Positions 52,727 to 62,858 of a stretch of 64,000 nucleotides of DNA are shown here, in pieces. Source of the DNA: Mucilaginibacter sp. (GTDB taxonomy: Bacteria; Bacteroidota; Bacteroidia; Sphingobacteriales; Sphingobacteriaceae); assembly GCF_965201005.1 (NCBI RefSeq), contig NZ_OZ241747.1:572000-635999 (forward strand). Direction: 5' to 3'. Within the stretch, counting starts at the first letter, position 1. Every line of letters starts with the position of its first letter. The position numbers were made by a program, and so were the translations under genes. The notes beneath the pieces were generated by a model. The model was not told the origin of the DNA. It searched no databases and worked only from the letters and a program-made list of their open reading frames with translations.

Positions 52727-55700
52727 ATGTTGGGATTTATCAGTAAGCTTTTCGGTAATAAATCGGAGCGGGACGTTAAAGGCGTGCAGCCTTTGGTAGA
52801 AAAAATAAAGGCAGAATTTGCCAAGCTGGAGCAGATCAGTAATGATGAGTTGCGCGCAAAAACCATCGATTTCAAAGCCCGGATCAGTGCAGGCTTAGAA
52901 AAAACCGATGCCGAAATCAAAGCCGCAAAAGAGGAAGCAGAAAACGATTCTTCTATCGAAGTAAACCGCAAAGTGGAACTTTACGGTGAAATTGATAAGC
53001 TGGAAAAAGACCGCAACAAAGAGCTTGAAGTTATTTTGATGGAGATTTTGCCGGAAGCTTTTGCCGTGGTAAAAGAAACAGCGCGCCGCCTGGCCAATAA
53101 TAAAACGCTGGAAGTTACGGCCACAGATTTCGATCGGGAACTGGCAGCTCATAAAAAGAACGTTTTGATTTCGGGCGATAAAGCCATTCACCACAACTCC
53201 TGGCTGGCTGCCGGAAACGAAGTAACGTGGAACATGGTACATTATGATGTGCAGCTGATTGGCGGTATCGTTTTGCACGAAGGAAAAATTGCCGAAATGG
53301 CAACAGGTGAAGGTAAAACGCTGGTGGCAACATTACCTGCTTACCTGAATGCCCTGGCCGGGCAAGGCGTGCACATCGTTACCGTGAATGATTATCTGGC
53401 CCGTCGGGACAGTGAATGGATGGGCCCATTGTATGAGTTTCATGGCTTGTCGGTAGATTGTATAGATCGCCATGAGCCAAACTCCGAAGAACGCAGAAAT
53501 GCTTATTTAGCAGATATTACCTTTGGCACCAACAACGAATTTGGTTTTGATTACCTGCGTGACAACATGACACGCAGCCCTGAAGAACTGGTACAGCGCA
53601 AACTGCATTACGCGATGGTGGATGAGGTGGATTCGGTTTTAATTGATGACGCCCGTACGCCGCTGATAATTTCTGGGCCGGTTCCGCGTGGTGATGAGCA
53701 TGAGTTTTATGATTTGAAACCACGTATTGAACGTTTGGTAAACGTACAGAAAGCGTACATAACCACCAAGCTGAATGAAGCCAAAAAGCAAATTGCGGAA
53801 GGAAAATCCGGTGTGGATGAAGGCGGTTTGGCATTGTTGCGGGCACATCGCGGTTTACCAAAAAACAAAGCTTTGATCAAGTTTTTGAGCGAGCAGAACA
53901 TCAAACCGGTGCTCAACAAAACCGAAAACTATTACATGCAGGATCAGAATAAAGAAATGCCCAAAGTGGATGAGGAGCTTTATTTTGTAATTGATGAAAA
54001 AAACAACTCGGTAGAACTGACCGAAAAAGGGATTGAACTGATCACCACTTCCGGTGAAGATCCGCACTTTTTTGTAATGCCGGACGTGGGTACGGAAGTT
54101 GCCGAAATTGAAAAATCAAGTTTTTCTGCAGAAGAAAAAGTAGCTAAAAAAGATGAGTTGATGCGCGATTTTTCCATCAAATCAGAACGTATCCATTCTG
54201 TAAACCAGTTGCTTAAAGCTTATACTTTGTTTGAGCGCGATACCGAATACATTTTGGATGATGGAAAAGTAAAGATCGTGGATGAGCAAACCGGCCGTGT
54301 TTTAGATGGCCGTCGTTATTCTGATGGTTTGCACCAGGCTATTGAAGCCAAAGAAAATGTGAAGGTGGAAGATGCCTCGCAAACTTTTGCAACAGTTACG
54401 CTGCAAAACTATTTTAGAATGTATCACAAATTGTGCGGTATGACGGGTACAGCAGTTACCGAAGCCGGTGAATTCTGGGAAATATACAAGCTGGACGTGG
54501 TAGAAATACCGACCAATACACCTGCAAGCCGTGCTGATCGTCAGGATTTGGTTTACCGGACCATGCGCGAAAAATACAATGCCGTTGCCGATGAAATTGT
54601 AACGTTAACGCAAGCTGGCCGACCGGTTTTGGTGGGTACAACTTCCGTAGAAATATCTGAATTATTAAGCCGGATGTTGAAATTGCGTGGCATTAAACAT
54701 AACGTTTTGAACGCCAAAATGCACCAGAAAGAAGCGGATATTGTTGCTGAAGCCGGTAAAACCGGAACCGTAACCATTGCCACCAATATGGCTGGCCGTG
54801 GTACAGATATTAAGCTGGGCGAAGGAGTAAAAGATGCCGGTGGTTTGGCCATTGTGGGCACAGAACGCCATGAATCCCGCCGGGTTGACCGGCAGTTGCG
54901 CGGTCGTTCCGGTCGTCAGGGTGATCCGGGTTCTTCGCAGTTTTTCGTTTCGCTGGAAGATGATCTGATGCGTTTGTTCGGTTCCGAACGGATTTCGGGA
55001 CTGATGGTAAAAATGGGCATTGAGGATGGTGAAGTAATCCAGCATTCCATGATCACCAAATCTATCGAACGCGCACAGAAAAAAGTAGAAGAGAACAACT
55101 TTGGCATCCGTAAACGTTTGCTGGAGTATGATGACGTGATGAACTCGCAGCGTACCGTTATCTACACGCGCCGTAAAAATGCGTTGTTTGGCGAACGGCT
55201 GGATGTTGATTTGAACAATACCATTTTTGATGTAACAGAAGATGTGGTAACCGAGTTTAAAGACGCCAACAACTATGAAGGTTTTCAGTTGGAGATGATC
55301 CGTTTGTTTTCAGTTGATACAGCAATTACAGCCGAAGATTTTACCGCTAAAAACAGTATGGCATTGGTTGAAACGGCTTTCCACGAGATTACGGATTTTT
55401 ATAAACGCAAATCAGAGGCGATTGCCAAACAGGCTTATCCAGTTTTGAAAGATGTTTATGATACGCGCGGCAACATGATCGAAAACATTATTGTGCCTTT
55501 TACAGATGGTGTTCATGGCATTCAAGTTGCTGTCCCGTTGCAAAAAGCAGTGGAAAACAATGGTCAGGAAGTATTGAAATCCTTCGAGAAAAACGTGGTT
55601 TTGACCTTTATTGATGATGCCTGGAAAGAACATTTGCGCGAAATGGACGAGCTGAAGCAATCAGTACAAAACGCCGTTTACGAGCAGAAAGACCCGTTGC

Positions 55701-56035
55701 TGGTTTACAAGTTTGAAGCTTTTGAATTGTTCCGCCAGATGCTGGCCAGTGTAAACAAGGAAATTGTAAGTTTCCTGTTTAAAGGAGGCATTCCGGTACA
55801 GCAGCAACCGGAAGAAATCCGTGAAGCAAGGCCGGAGCCAAAGCTGGATATGCGGCAGATGCGCGTTTCTAAACCGCAATTGGTACACGAAACCAACGGC
55901 GTGCCGGATGAAGACACACGCGAACTGCAAAAACCAACGCCTGTAAAAGTGGAGCAGAAAATTGGCAGAAATGATCCCTGCCCTTGCGGAAGCGGTAAAA
56001 AATACAAAAACTGCCACGGTGTAGGTTCAGCATAA
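52727..56035 (+). CDS. secA: preprotein translocase ATPase SecA
   Basis: Starts [18 protein letters not shown] and contains [20 protein letters not shown] and [13 protein letters not shown]. The C-terminal zinc motif is [14 protein letters not shown]. The start is taken at ATG 52727. Confidence 0.95.
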   Translation: MLGFISKLFGNKSERDVKGVQPLVEKIKAEFAKLEQISNDELRAKTIDFKARISAGLEKTDAEIKAAKEEAENDSSIEVNRKVELYGEIDKLEKDRNKELEVILMEILPEAFAVVKETARRLANNKTLEVTATDFDRELAAHKKNVLISGDKAIHHNSWLAAGNEVTWNMVHYDVQLIGGIVLHEGKIAEMATGEGKTLVATLPAYLNALAGQGVHIVTVNDYLARRDSEWMGPLYEFHGLSVDCIDRHEPNSEERRNAYLADITFGTNNEFGFDYLRDNMTRSPEELVQRKLHYAMVDEVDSVLIDDARTPLIISGPVPRGDEHEFYDLKPRIERLVNVQKAYITTKLNEAKKQIAEGKSGVDEGGLALLRAHRGLPKNKALIKFLSEQNIKPVLNKTENYYMQDQNKEMPKVDEELYFVIDEKNNSVELTEKGIELITTSGEDPHFFVMPDVGTEVAEIEKSSFSAEEKVAKKDELMRDFSIKSERIHSVNQLLKAYTLFERDTEYILDDGKVKIVDEQTGRVLDGRRYSDGLHQAIEAKENVKVEDASQTFATVTLQNYFRMYHKLCGMTGTAVTEAGEFWEIYKLDVVEIPTNTPASRADRQDLVYRTMREKYNAVADEIVTLTQAGRPVLVGTTSVEISELLSRMLKLRGIKHNVLNAKMHQKEADIVAEAGKTGTVTIATNMAGRGTDIKLGEGVKDAGGLAIVGTERHESRRVDRQLRGRSGRQGDPGSSQFFVSLEDDLMRLFGSERISGLMVKMGIEDGEVIQHSMITKSIERAQKKVEENNFGIRKRLLEYDDVMNSQRTVIYTRRKNALFGERLDVDLNNTIFDVTEDVVTEFKDANNYEGFQLEMIRLFSVDTAITAEDFTAKNSMALVETAFHEITDFYKRKSEAIAKQAYPVLKDVYDTRGNMIENIIVPFTDGVHGIQVAVPLQKAVENNGQEVLKSFEKNVVLTFIDDAWKEHLREMDELKQSVQNAVYEQKDPLLVYKFEAFELFRQMLASVNKEIVSFLFKGGIPVQQQPEEIREARPEPKLDMRQMRVSKPQLVHETNGVPDEDTRELQKPTPVKVEQKIGRNDPCPCGSGKKYKNCHGVGSA

Positions 56036-56045
56036 ATTATTCTGG

Positions 56046-56519
56046 ATGACACACCAAAATTTATACCCTAAAAGAAGCATCCGGGCAACACCAGTCTGGA
56101 TGCTTCTTTTATCAATGTTTTTTCTGACTGTAAAATCCTCCGCACAAATACGCGGGGAAGTTGAGGTAATCAAAGACCCGCGGATTGATTCGATCATTGC
56201 ACACCGTTTAATCGATATAAAATCCCCGTTAGGAAAAATCGGAAACAGTTCTGGTTATGGCTATCGTGTACAGTTTTTCATCAGCCCAAAACGCAATGAA
56301 ATTTATGCAAAACAGGCTGCTTTTAATGAGCTTTATCCTGATTTGCGCACCTATATTATTTATCGCGAACCTAATTACAAGCTCAAAGCCGGTGATTTCA
56401 GGACTCGGTTGGAAGCACAAAAACTGATGCGCGATATCCGGCCGCAGTTTCCAACGTTGTTTTTGCTTTCCGAAAAAATCAATCTACCTAAACCCGACGC
56501 TGCTGATGCTAAAAACTAA
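56046..56519 (+). CDS. SPOR-domain protein (start ambiguous: ATG 56046 or ATG 56100)
   Basis: The C-terminal SPOR-like region is GYGYRVQFF...YKLKAGDFRTRLEAQKLM. The N-terminus MTHQNLYPKRSIRATPVWMLLLSMFFLTVKSSAQ is encoded by the palindrome. Confidence 0.65.
   Translation: MTHQNLYPKRSIRATPVWMLLLSMFFLTVKSSAQIRGEVEVIKDPRIDSIIAHRLIDIKSPLGKIGNSSGYGYRVQFFISPKRNEIYAKQAAFNELYPDLRTYIIYREPNYKLKAGDFRTRLEAQKLMRDIRPQFPTLFLLSEKINLPKPDAADAKN
56054..56113. repeat. repeat-family hairpin (R...L) between secA and the SPOR gene, inside the SPOR ORF's 5' end
   Basis: CCAAAATTTATACCCTAAAAGAAGCATCC-15 nt-GGATGCTTCTTTTATC has a 14-bp stem. Confidence 0.85.
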
Positions 56520-57690
56520 AATAAAAGAACTTGCCAAAAATATACATCAGGAAGTAATCGCCAGCCGCAGGCATCTGCACCAAAACCCCGAACTTTCTTT
56601 TGAAGAAGAAAATACGCGGGTTTACGTGGCAGGCAAGCTGGATGAACTTGGGATTTCGTATGAACGCATGGCCGGAAATGGTTTGGTTGCTTTGCTGCAG
56701 GGCGAAAAACCATCAAACCAAGTGGTAGCTTTGCGAGGCGATATGGACGCGCTGCCGATTTTAGAAACCAATGATGTGCCTTATAAATCGCAAAACCCGG
56801 GTGTGATGCACGCTTGCGGCCATGATGTGCACACGTCGTCTTTGCTGGGCACGGCGCATATCTTAAATCAGTTGAAAGCTAAATTTGGCGGAACGGTAAA
56901 ATTTATTTTTCAGCCTGCGGAAGAGAAACTGCCCGGCGGCGCAAGTTTGATGATTGCAGAAGGCGTACTGGAAAACCCGAAGCCGCAAGCCGTAATCGGC
57001 CAGCACGTAATGCCGCTGATTGATGCCGGAAAAGTTGGTTTTCGTGCCGGAAAATACATGGCTTCTACCGATGAACTGTATGTTACCGTAAAAGGAAAAG
57101 GCGGCCACGGCGCGCAGCCACAGCAAAATATTGACCCGGTAATTATTACGGCGCATATTTTAACGGCTCTGCAACAGGTAGTTAGCCGTTTTGCTGATCC
57201 GAAATCGCCCTCTGTTTTATCTTTTGGGAAAGTAATTGCTAATGGTGCAACGAACGTAATCCCAAATGAAGTTTACTTGGAAGGAACATTCCGGACGATG
57301 GATGAAAACTGGCGGCAGGAAGCACACGTCCGCATGAAACAAATGGCGGAAGGCATGGCCGAAAGTATGGGTGCCACATGTGATTTTGAGATCAGAAAGG
57401 GCTATCCGTTTTTGATCAATGAAGAAAAACTAACCGCTAATGTCCGGGCTTTTGCAGAAGATTATTTAGGAAAAGAAAACGTTTTGGATCTGGATTTGTG
57501 GATGGCCGCTGAAGATTTTGCCTATTATTCGCAAGTGGCCGATGCCTGTTTTTACCGATTGGGAACGCGCAATGAAGCACGCGGAATCGTATCTTCTGTA
57601 CATACACCAACTTTTGATGTGGACGAAAGTTCGCTGGAAGTAAGTACCGGTTTAATGGCTTATCTTGCTTTAAAACAGTTGGGCAATTAA
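56506..57690 (+). CDS. M20-family amidohydrolase (N-acyl-L-amino acid amidohydrolase type)
   Basis: Contains RRHLHQNPELSFEE, ALRGDMDALP and MHACGHDVH. Confidence 0.85.
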   Translation: MLKTKIKELAKNIHQEVIASRRHLHQNPELSFEEENTRVYVAGKLDELGISYERMAGNGLVALLQGEKPSNQVVALRGDMDALPILETNDVPYKSQNPGVMHACGHDVHTSSLLGTAHILNQLKAKFGGTVKFIFQPAEEKLPGGASLMIAEGVLENPKPQAVIGQHVMPLIDAGKVGFRAGKYMASTDELYVTVKGKGGHGAQPQQNIDPVIITAHILTALQQVVSRFADPKSPSVLSFGKVIANGATNVIPNEVYLEGTFRTMDENWRQEAHVRMKQMAEGMAESMGATCDFEIRKGYPFLINEEKLTANVRAFAEDYLGKENVLDLDLWMAAEDFAYYSQVADACFYRLGTRNEARGIVSSVHTPTFDVDESSLEVSTGLMAYLALKQLGN

Positions 57691-57693
57691 GCC

Positions 57694-57720
57694 GATACTG
57701 TTTTTATCGGTATAAATTTG
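57694..57720. repeat. solo B-type arm directly after the M20 stop
   Basis: The sequence is GATACTGTTTTTATCGGTATAAATTTG. Confidence 0.8.
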
Positions 57721-57819
57721 TCCCGTCGTTTTATCTTTTTTATGGAAGGAAGAAACCCTCATTAAATTTCAACATCTAAATAAAATTTCCCCCTTTGCAT
57801 AAAGATCAAAAATTAAAAT

Positions 57820-58248
57820 TTACTTGGTAAAAACACTTGTGACATTTGTGATTTTCCAGCCATCGCTGCATTCGTTCATCGTTACATAATTAACGCGAAC
57901 AAAAGTTGGATATTTCATTTCTACTTTTATCAAAACATAACTGCCGCGGGTTTCTAAAATATCAAATTTTGTAGTGCAATTTTGCTGTACGCCACGCAAA
58001 GTTTCCATTTGGTTTAGCAATTGTTTTTTGTTTATGCTGATGATCTGGTTGCCGCGCATTAGGTCAAACCTGGCGTTATCGGCAATAATATCCGCCAAAC
58101 CATCACATAAACCGCGTGCATCGGCATCAATAAATGCGGTGATAGAAAAAGTTATGCTAAAAGAAGCATGTGTTTTTGGCTTATCTGCCTTGGCAGTTCC
58201 GAACAAAAGCAAGAAGCCGATAAAAATGGTTGATTTTAATGTTTTCAT
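57820..58248 (-). CDS. small secreted hypothetical protein
   Basis: Has signal peptide MKTLKSTIFIGFLLLFGTAKA. The start is taken at ATG 58248. It contains an exact repeat copy at 58158. Confidence 0.5.
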   Translation of the reverse strand: MKTLKSTIFIGFLLLFGTAKADKPKTHASFSITFSITAFIDADARGLCDGLADIIADNARFDLMRGNQIISINKKQLLNQMETLRGVQQNCTTKFDILETRGSYVLIKVEMKYPTFVRVNYVTMNECSDGWKITNVTSVFTK

Positions 58249-58516
58249 AATTGTTATTTTTAAAAAGTTTGAATAGTTACTTGTAAAATTGGGTACAACG
58301 ATCATTCAATTATATTGCTGACTTGGAACTTCTCAACTGCTGGTTTGGGTTTTATTATTCTAAACTTCATGCGGCAAATCCTCCGCAGAAAGTTTAAAAA
58401 ATACACACTCAAAATAATATCAATATAATCTTCCAATAAGTTGATAAAGTAAAACAGAAGAACTAAGCTAATAGGATCAATCAGCATGATAAATTACTTT
58501 ATATTAGATAGTTAAG

Positions 58517-58822
58517 TTAATGTTTGTGACTGATTAAGTTTGCAAGTGCAGTATTTCCCAACGCATGGTTATTGCTTAAAACAGTGGTCAAAACGCCATC
58601 AAGCATCTTACGTATCCGTTTTCTGGAACTGTTTAATACTTTGCTGTTGTAATCTTCCTGGTAAAGCAATTGCTGGTTTGTGTTGTAAAATTTTACCGTT
58701 TGTTTTTTTGGGGAAGCGGTATTACTTTCAATCACCCAGCAACCCTGGGTTAGTTCTGTTTTTTGCTGAGCCTGTGCAGCCAATCCTGTACTTAACAGAA
58801 TCATAATGAGTAATCTTTTCAT
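58517..58822 (-). CDS. small secreted hypothetical protein
   Basis: 101 aa with signal peptide MKRLLIMILLSTGLAAQA. Confidence 0.45.
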   Translation of the reverse strand: MKRLLIMILLSTGLAAQAQQKTELTQGCWVIESNTASPKKQTVKFYNTNQQLLYQEDYNSKVLNSSRKRIRKMLDGVLTTVLSNNHALGNTALANLISHKH

Positions 58823-59038
58823 TTTTACCTGTACAATCCTTGTGGATCATGAATGTAAAGTTCTGATGAAAAGCAGCCGGATTTAACCGTTGTAAAACGG
58901 TATTTGCATACGTGCTGATACGCATTTTTTTAAAGTAACCACGCAGGGAAAAACAATTGGTTTATTTTGATTTGTTGGGATTAGCTGCCTTTTTAGGATT
59001 GCTTATCCTTACTTTTACAAGTATTATTTTAATTATTG

Positions 59039-59983
59039 ATGAAGTATATCGGCCTTTCCATACTGTTTTTATGTTGCTTAAATAATGCTTTCAGCCAGCA
59101 GATCAACCGTTTCAATCCGGATACGGTCAAAACCATTGTAATTGATTCTGCCGTGGCAACTATCCGTGGCCGAAGCGGCTTAAATGCACAGGATTTTATT
59201 GACCAAATTTTGCGCGACACCAGCTTTTATGAAGCCTTCCGCAACATGAAAAAGTATGCTTTTACAGCCGAAAACCGGATTTATACATATGATAAAAATG
59301 ATCGGGTGAATGGTAAAATCTATCGGAAATTAAAGCACAGCAATGTGGCCGGCGCGCACAAAATTCAGTATTTGGCCAAGCGCGACAGCGGACAGGTTTT
59401 TAAACGCAACGGCAAATACGAGCTTTATACCACCGAAATGTTTGATTACATTTTTATGAACGCTTACAATTCTGATTTTGTAAAAGGCGGCGATTCCCCA
59501 AATTCAGGAGGCAAAAATGAATCTTATAAAGACAAGTTAAAAACCCTCATTTTCAGTCCGGGACGGCCGGTCAGCGGTATTCCTTTTATCAGTAAAAAAA
59601 CAGAAATTTTCTCGCCGCAAATGCGTAATTATTATCGTTATGATTTTGCAAAAGGTACTTATTTAGATTCGATCCCGGTTTATCGTTTTAAAGTAACCCA
59701 GCGCCCAAGTTTAAATTCAGATCAAAAAGACGAAGTGATGATCAAAGAGTTGACAACCATTTTTGATCAGCGTGATTTTCAGATACTTGGCCGTTATGTT
59801 GATATGAAATTTAAAAATTTTGTGATGGATTTTAACGTGCAGATGAACATTGAACTAAACCGTTTTGACGGCGAACTGCTCCCGACTAAAATTACTTATC
59901 AGGGCAATTGGGACGTGCCTTTTCATAAAGAAGAACGTGCAAGTTTCTTGGTTTTGCACAAAGATTATCATTTAGAAAAGTAA
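59039..59983 (+). CDS. secreted hypothetical protein
   Basis: Has signal peptide MKYIGLSILFLCCLNNAFSQ. The signal-peptide core ILFL is encoded by a B-type copy (59060). Confidence 0.55.
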   Translation: MKYIGLSILFLCCLNNAFSQQINRFNPDTVKTIVIDSAVATIRGRSGLNAQDFIDQILRDTSFYEAFRNMKKYAFTAENRIYTYDKNDRVNGKIYRKLKHSNVAGAHKIQYLAKRDSGQVFKRNGKYELYTTEMFDYIFMNAYNSDFVKGGDSPNSGGKNESYKDKLKTLIFSPGRPVSGIPFISKKTEIFSPQMRNYYRYDFAKGTYLDSIPVYRFKVTQRPSLNSDQKDEVMIKELTTIFDQRDFQILGRYVDMKFKNFVMDFNVQMNIELNRFDGELLPTKITYQGNWDVPFHKEERASFLVLHKDYHLEK

Positions 59984-59987
59984 AATT

Positions 59988-60506
59988 TCAGGTTAAAGTT
60001 TTTTCCATCAGCCAATCACATTGCTTATCATTCCCAAGTTTAAAATCCATTTCCCCGGTTTTTACAAATCCCCAATCCAAATAAAAGTTGATTGCTTTTT
60101 GGTTGTGTTCCCAAACGCCCAGCCATAGTTTTTCAGCTTGATTTTTTCGGGAGAAATCAATGGCAAATTGCATCAAACCTGCACCAACTTTTTGATTATG
60201 ATAAAGTTTGGAAACATACAATCTTGAAAGTTCTGCTGATTTTATGCCGGTAAAAGAAGCATCCGTCAATATCAGTTTCATACAACCAACGGGCATACTG
60301 TTTTTAGTGGCATAAAAACAGTATGTGTTTAGATCAGCTAATTCTTGTTGAATCTTTTCAATTGCAAAACTCTCTTCCAGATACAATTTCATATCTTCTG
60401 CAGAATTAGACTCAGCAAAAGTTTCTTTAAATAAAGCTGCACCAAACTTTGCAAATCCGACAGCTTCTTCGATAGTTACTTGGCGGATGGAAACTTCCGG
60501 ATTCAT
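59988..60506 (-). CDS. GNAT-family N-acetyltransferase
   Basis: Has an acetyl-CoA-binding pattern (RLYVSKLYHNQKVGAGLMQ). It contains two compact repeat palindromes (60234-60262 and 60294-60325). Confidence 0.8.
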   Translation of the reverse strand: MNPEVSIRQVTIEEAVGFAKFGAALFKETFAESNSAEDMKLYLEESFAIEKIQQELADLNTYCFYATKNSMPVGCMKLILTDASFTGIKSAELSRLYVSKLYHNQKVGAGLMQFAIDFSRKNQAEKLWLGVWEHNQKAINFYLDWGFVKTGEMDFKLGNDKQCDWLMEKTLT

Positions 60507-60518
60507 AGGTTATTTATT

Positions 60519-60624
60519 AACACACCCCTAACCCCTCTCAAGAGGGGAAGCATAGTTTAATACCTTGTAGTTTATAGAGGTCTGCAAGCGATTTCCCCCT
60601 CTTGAGAGGGGTTAGGGGTGTGTT
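60519..60624. repeat. unrelated G/C-tract palindrome: a 29-bp perfect inverted repeat separated by 48 bp
   Basis: AACACACCCCTAACCCCTCTCAAGAGGGG (60519-60547) and CCCCTCTTGAGAGGGGTTAGGGGTGTGTT (60596-60624). Each arm also contains its own 7-bp palindrome, CCCCTCT-CA-AGAGGGG. Confidence 0.9.
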
Positions 60625-60645
60625 GTTTATGCGTTTCGATTCAAC

Positions 60646-62094
60646 CTAAAACGCTGCATTTTTTGGAAAACGCGGGAAAGGGATCACGTCGCGGATGTTG
60701 CCCATTCCTGTTACAAATTGTACCAATCGCTCAAAACCTAAACCAAAACCTGCGTGTTCGCAGGCACCAAAACGGCGCGTGTCCAAATACCAATCCAGTT
60801 CTTCTTTCGGGATATTCATCTCATCCATGCGTTGTTCCAGCTTGTCCAAACGTTCTTCCCGCTGTGATCCGCCAACCATTTCGCCGATTCCGGGAAATAA
60901 AATATCCATTGCCCGAACGGTTTTTCGCCCTTCTGCGTCCGGTTCGTTCTGGCGCATATAAAAAGCTTTGATCGCGGCCGGATAATCCGTTAAAATCACT
61001 GGTTTTTTAAAGTGTTTTTCAACTAAATAACGCTCATGTTCTGATTGCAGATCCGCGCCCCAGCCTTCAATTAAATATGTAAATTTCTTCTTTTTGTTTT
61101 GAGAAGAATTTTTGAGGATTTCAATTGCTTCGGTATAAGTCAGCCGTTCAAAATCGTTGTCCAAACAAAATTGCAGCTTCTCCAGCAAAGTCATTTCCGA
61201 GCGTTCCTGCTGCGGTTTTTGCTTTTCTTCTTCGGCTAAACGTTGCGCTAAAAATTCCAGGTCGTCAGTATTTTTTTCCAATGCTTCTTTTATCACCTGT
61301 TTTAGCAATTCTTCGGCTAAATCAGCATTATCGTCCAAATTATAAAAAGCCATTTCCGGCTCGATCATCCAAAATTCTGCCAAATGTCGCGTGGTGTTAG
61401 AATTTTCTGCACGGAAAGTTGGACCGAAAGTATAAATATCACTCAAAGCCATTGCGCCCAATTCGCCTTCCAACTGACCGGAAACCGTTAAGTTAGTTGC
61501 TTTTCCGAAGAAATCTGCTGTGAAATCAATTTCTCCTTCTGCTGTTTTCGGCACATTATTTAAGTCGAAATTAGTCACGTGGAACGTCTCGCCTGCGCCT
61601 TCTGCATCCGAAGCGGTAATAATTGGCGTGTTCAAATACACAAATCCGCGCTCCTGGAAAAACTGGTGCACAGCAAAAGCCAAGGTATTTCTCACCCTAA
61701 AAACAGCACCGAAAGTATTGGTACGAAAACGTAAATGCGCAATTTCACGCAGAAATTCCAAGCTGTGTTTTTTGGGCTGAAGCGGATATTTTTCCGGATC
61801 AGAATCGCCCAGAATTTCGATTGATGCTGCTTTTAGCTCTACTTTTTGGCCTTTTCCCAACGAAGCAACAACTTGTCCGGTTACGCTGATGGCCGCGCCG
61901 GTTGTTATGCTTTTTAAAATTGCCGGATCGGTATTTTCAAAATCAACAACAATTTGCAAATTTAGGTTGGTTGAGCCATCATTTAAAGCAATAAACTGGT
62001 TGTTGCGGAAAGTGCGCACCCAGCCTTTTACGGTAGTTTCAAATCCGGTTTCCGCGCTTTGCAAAAGCGATTTGATTTTTGTTCGCTGCCTCAT
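60646..62094 (-). CDS. asnS: asparagine-tRNA ligase
   Basis: Class IIb pattern with [21 protein letters not shown] and GSQREE. The C-terminus is [27 protein letters not shown]. The start is taken at ATG 62094. Confidence 0.92.
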   Translation of the reverse strand: MRQRTKIKSLLQSAETGFETTVKGWVRTFRNNQFIALNDGSTNLNLQIVVDFENTDPAILKSITTGAAISVTGQVVASLGKGQKVELKAASIEILGDSDPEKYPLQPKKHSLEFLREIAHLRFRTNTFGAVFRVRNTLAFAVHQFFQERGFVYLNTPIITASDAEGAGETFHVTNFDLNNVPKTAEGEIDFTADFFGKATNLTVSGQLEGELGAMALSDIYTFGPTFRAENSNTTRHLAEFWMIEPEMAFYNLDDNADLAEELLKQVIKEALEKNTDDLEFLAQRLAEEEKQKPQQERSEMTLLEKLQFCLDNDFERLTYTEAIEILKNSSQNKKKKFTYLIEGWGADLQSEHERYLVEKHFKKPVILTDYPAAIKAFYMRQNEPDAEGRKTVRAMDILFPGIGEMVGGSQREERLDKLEQRMDEMNIPKEELDWYLDTRRFGACEHAGFGLGFERLVQFVTGMGNIRDVIPFPRFPKNAAF

Positions 62095-62282
62095 ATCAAT
62101 AAAGTATTTTTTGGAGCCGCGAAAATACAATTATTTAAGCACTGCCGGATTTTAAGGATTGTATTTTGAAAAACTGCAAAACTTAATCCTGATAAACAGA
62201 AAGTTTTTGGCAGGTTCAGTCATTTGCAACCAGCTTTGGTTAAAGTTAATGTTTATTTAACTTTGATTTAAAGCGTATTTTA

Positions 62283-62375
62283 ATGCTTCTTTTATCACCT
62301 AAAATTTAGTGGTTTTGCGTTTTTTAAATCGGGAATGATTGTAAAAAAGCAAAATTCAGGTGATAAAAGAAGCAT
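62283..62375. repeat. ATGCTTCTTTTA-family palindromic element (L...R, 93 bp)
   Basis: The arms are ATGCTTCTTTTATCACCTAAAATTTAGTGGTTTT... and ...AAAATTCAGGTGATAAAAGAAGCAT. Confidence 0.9.
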
Positions 62376-62498
62376 TGCGTTTTTTGTTTACTCCAGTTAC
62401 GTCCGGTTGTATGATTCCTGTTTTCAGGCTATTTAAAAAAAAGTTTAGCTTGATAAATTTGTTTTGATAGGATTATCGGTACAAAATTTACCAGTAAC

Positions 62499-62855
62499 TT
62501 AACTTTTGGGGAAAGGCATGTCAGATGATTTCATTTTTTCCAGCCGTTTGTAGTTATAAACGCCCAAATAGGCAAAACCGATGCCCAGCAATGATAAAAT
62601 GGCTGCCACGCCCCACTTTCCGCCAACTTTGTACAGTGCCCACTCGATGGTTGTAACGGATATATAACTTCCCATTATCTCGGCCATATTGAGTTCATGC
62701 CAGCGATACCAGGCCAGGTAACACAGGCCGGCACCAAAAATCAAACAAAAAACCAGTGAAGGCCAGGTACGCCTGGAGTGTTTGCCATAATATTCGTAAT
62801 CAGCGTAAGGGTTGCCAAACTGCGGTTTCGCCTTATTGTATCCTTCAAATGCCAT
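62499..62855 (-). CDS. small membrane protein (hypothetical)
   Basis: 118 aa with two or three hydrophobic helices. Confidence 0.5.
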   Translation of the reverse strand: MAFEGYNKAKPQFGNPYADYEYYGKHSRRTWPSLVFCLIFGAGLCYLAWYRWHELNMAEIMGSYISVTTIEWALYKVGGKWGVAAILSLLGIGFAYLGVYNYKRLEKMKSSDMPFPKS

Positions 62856-62858
62856 AAT

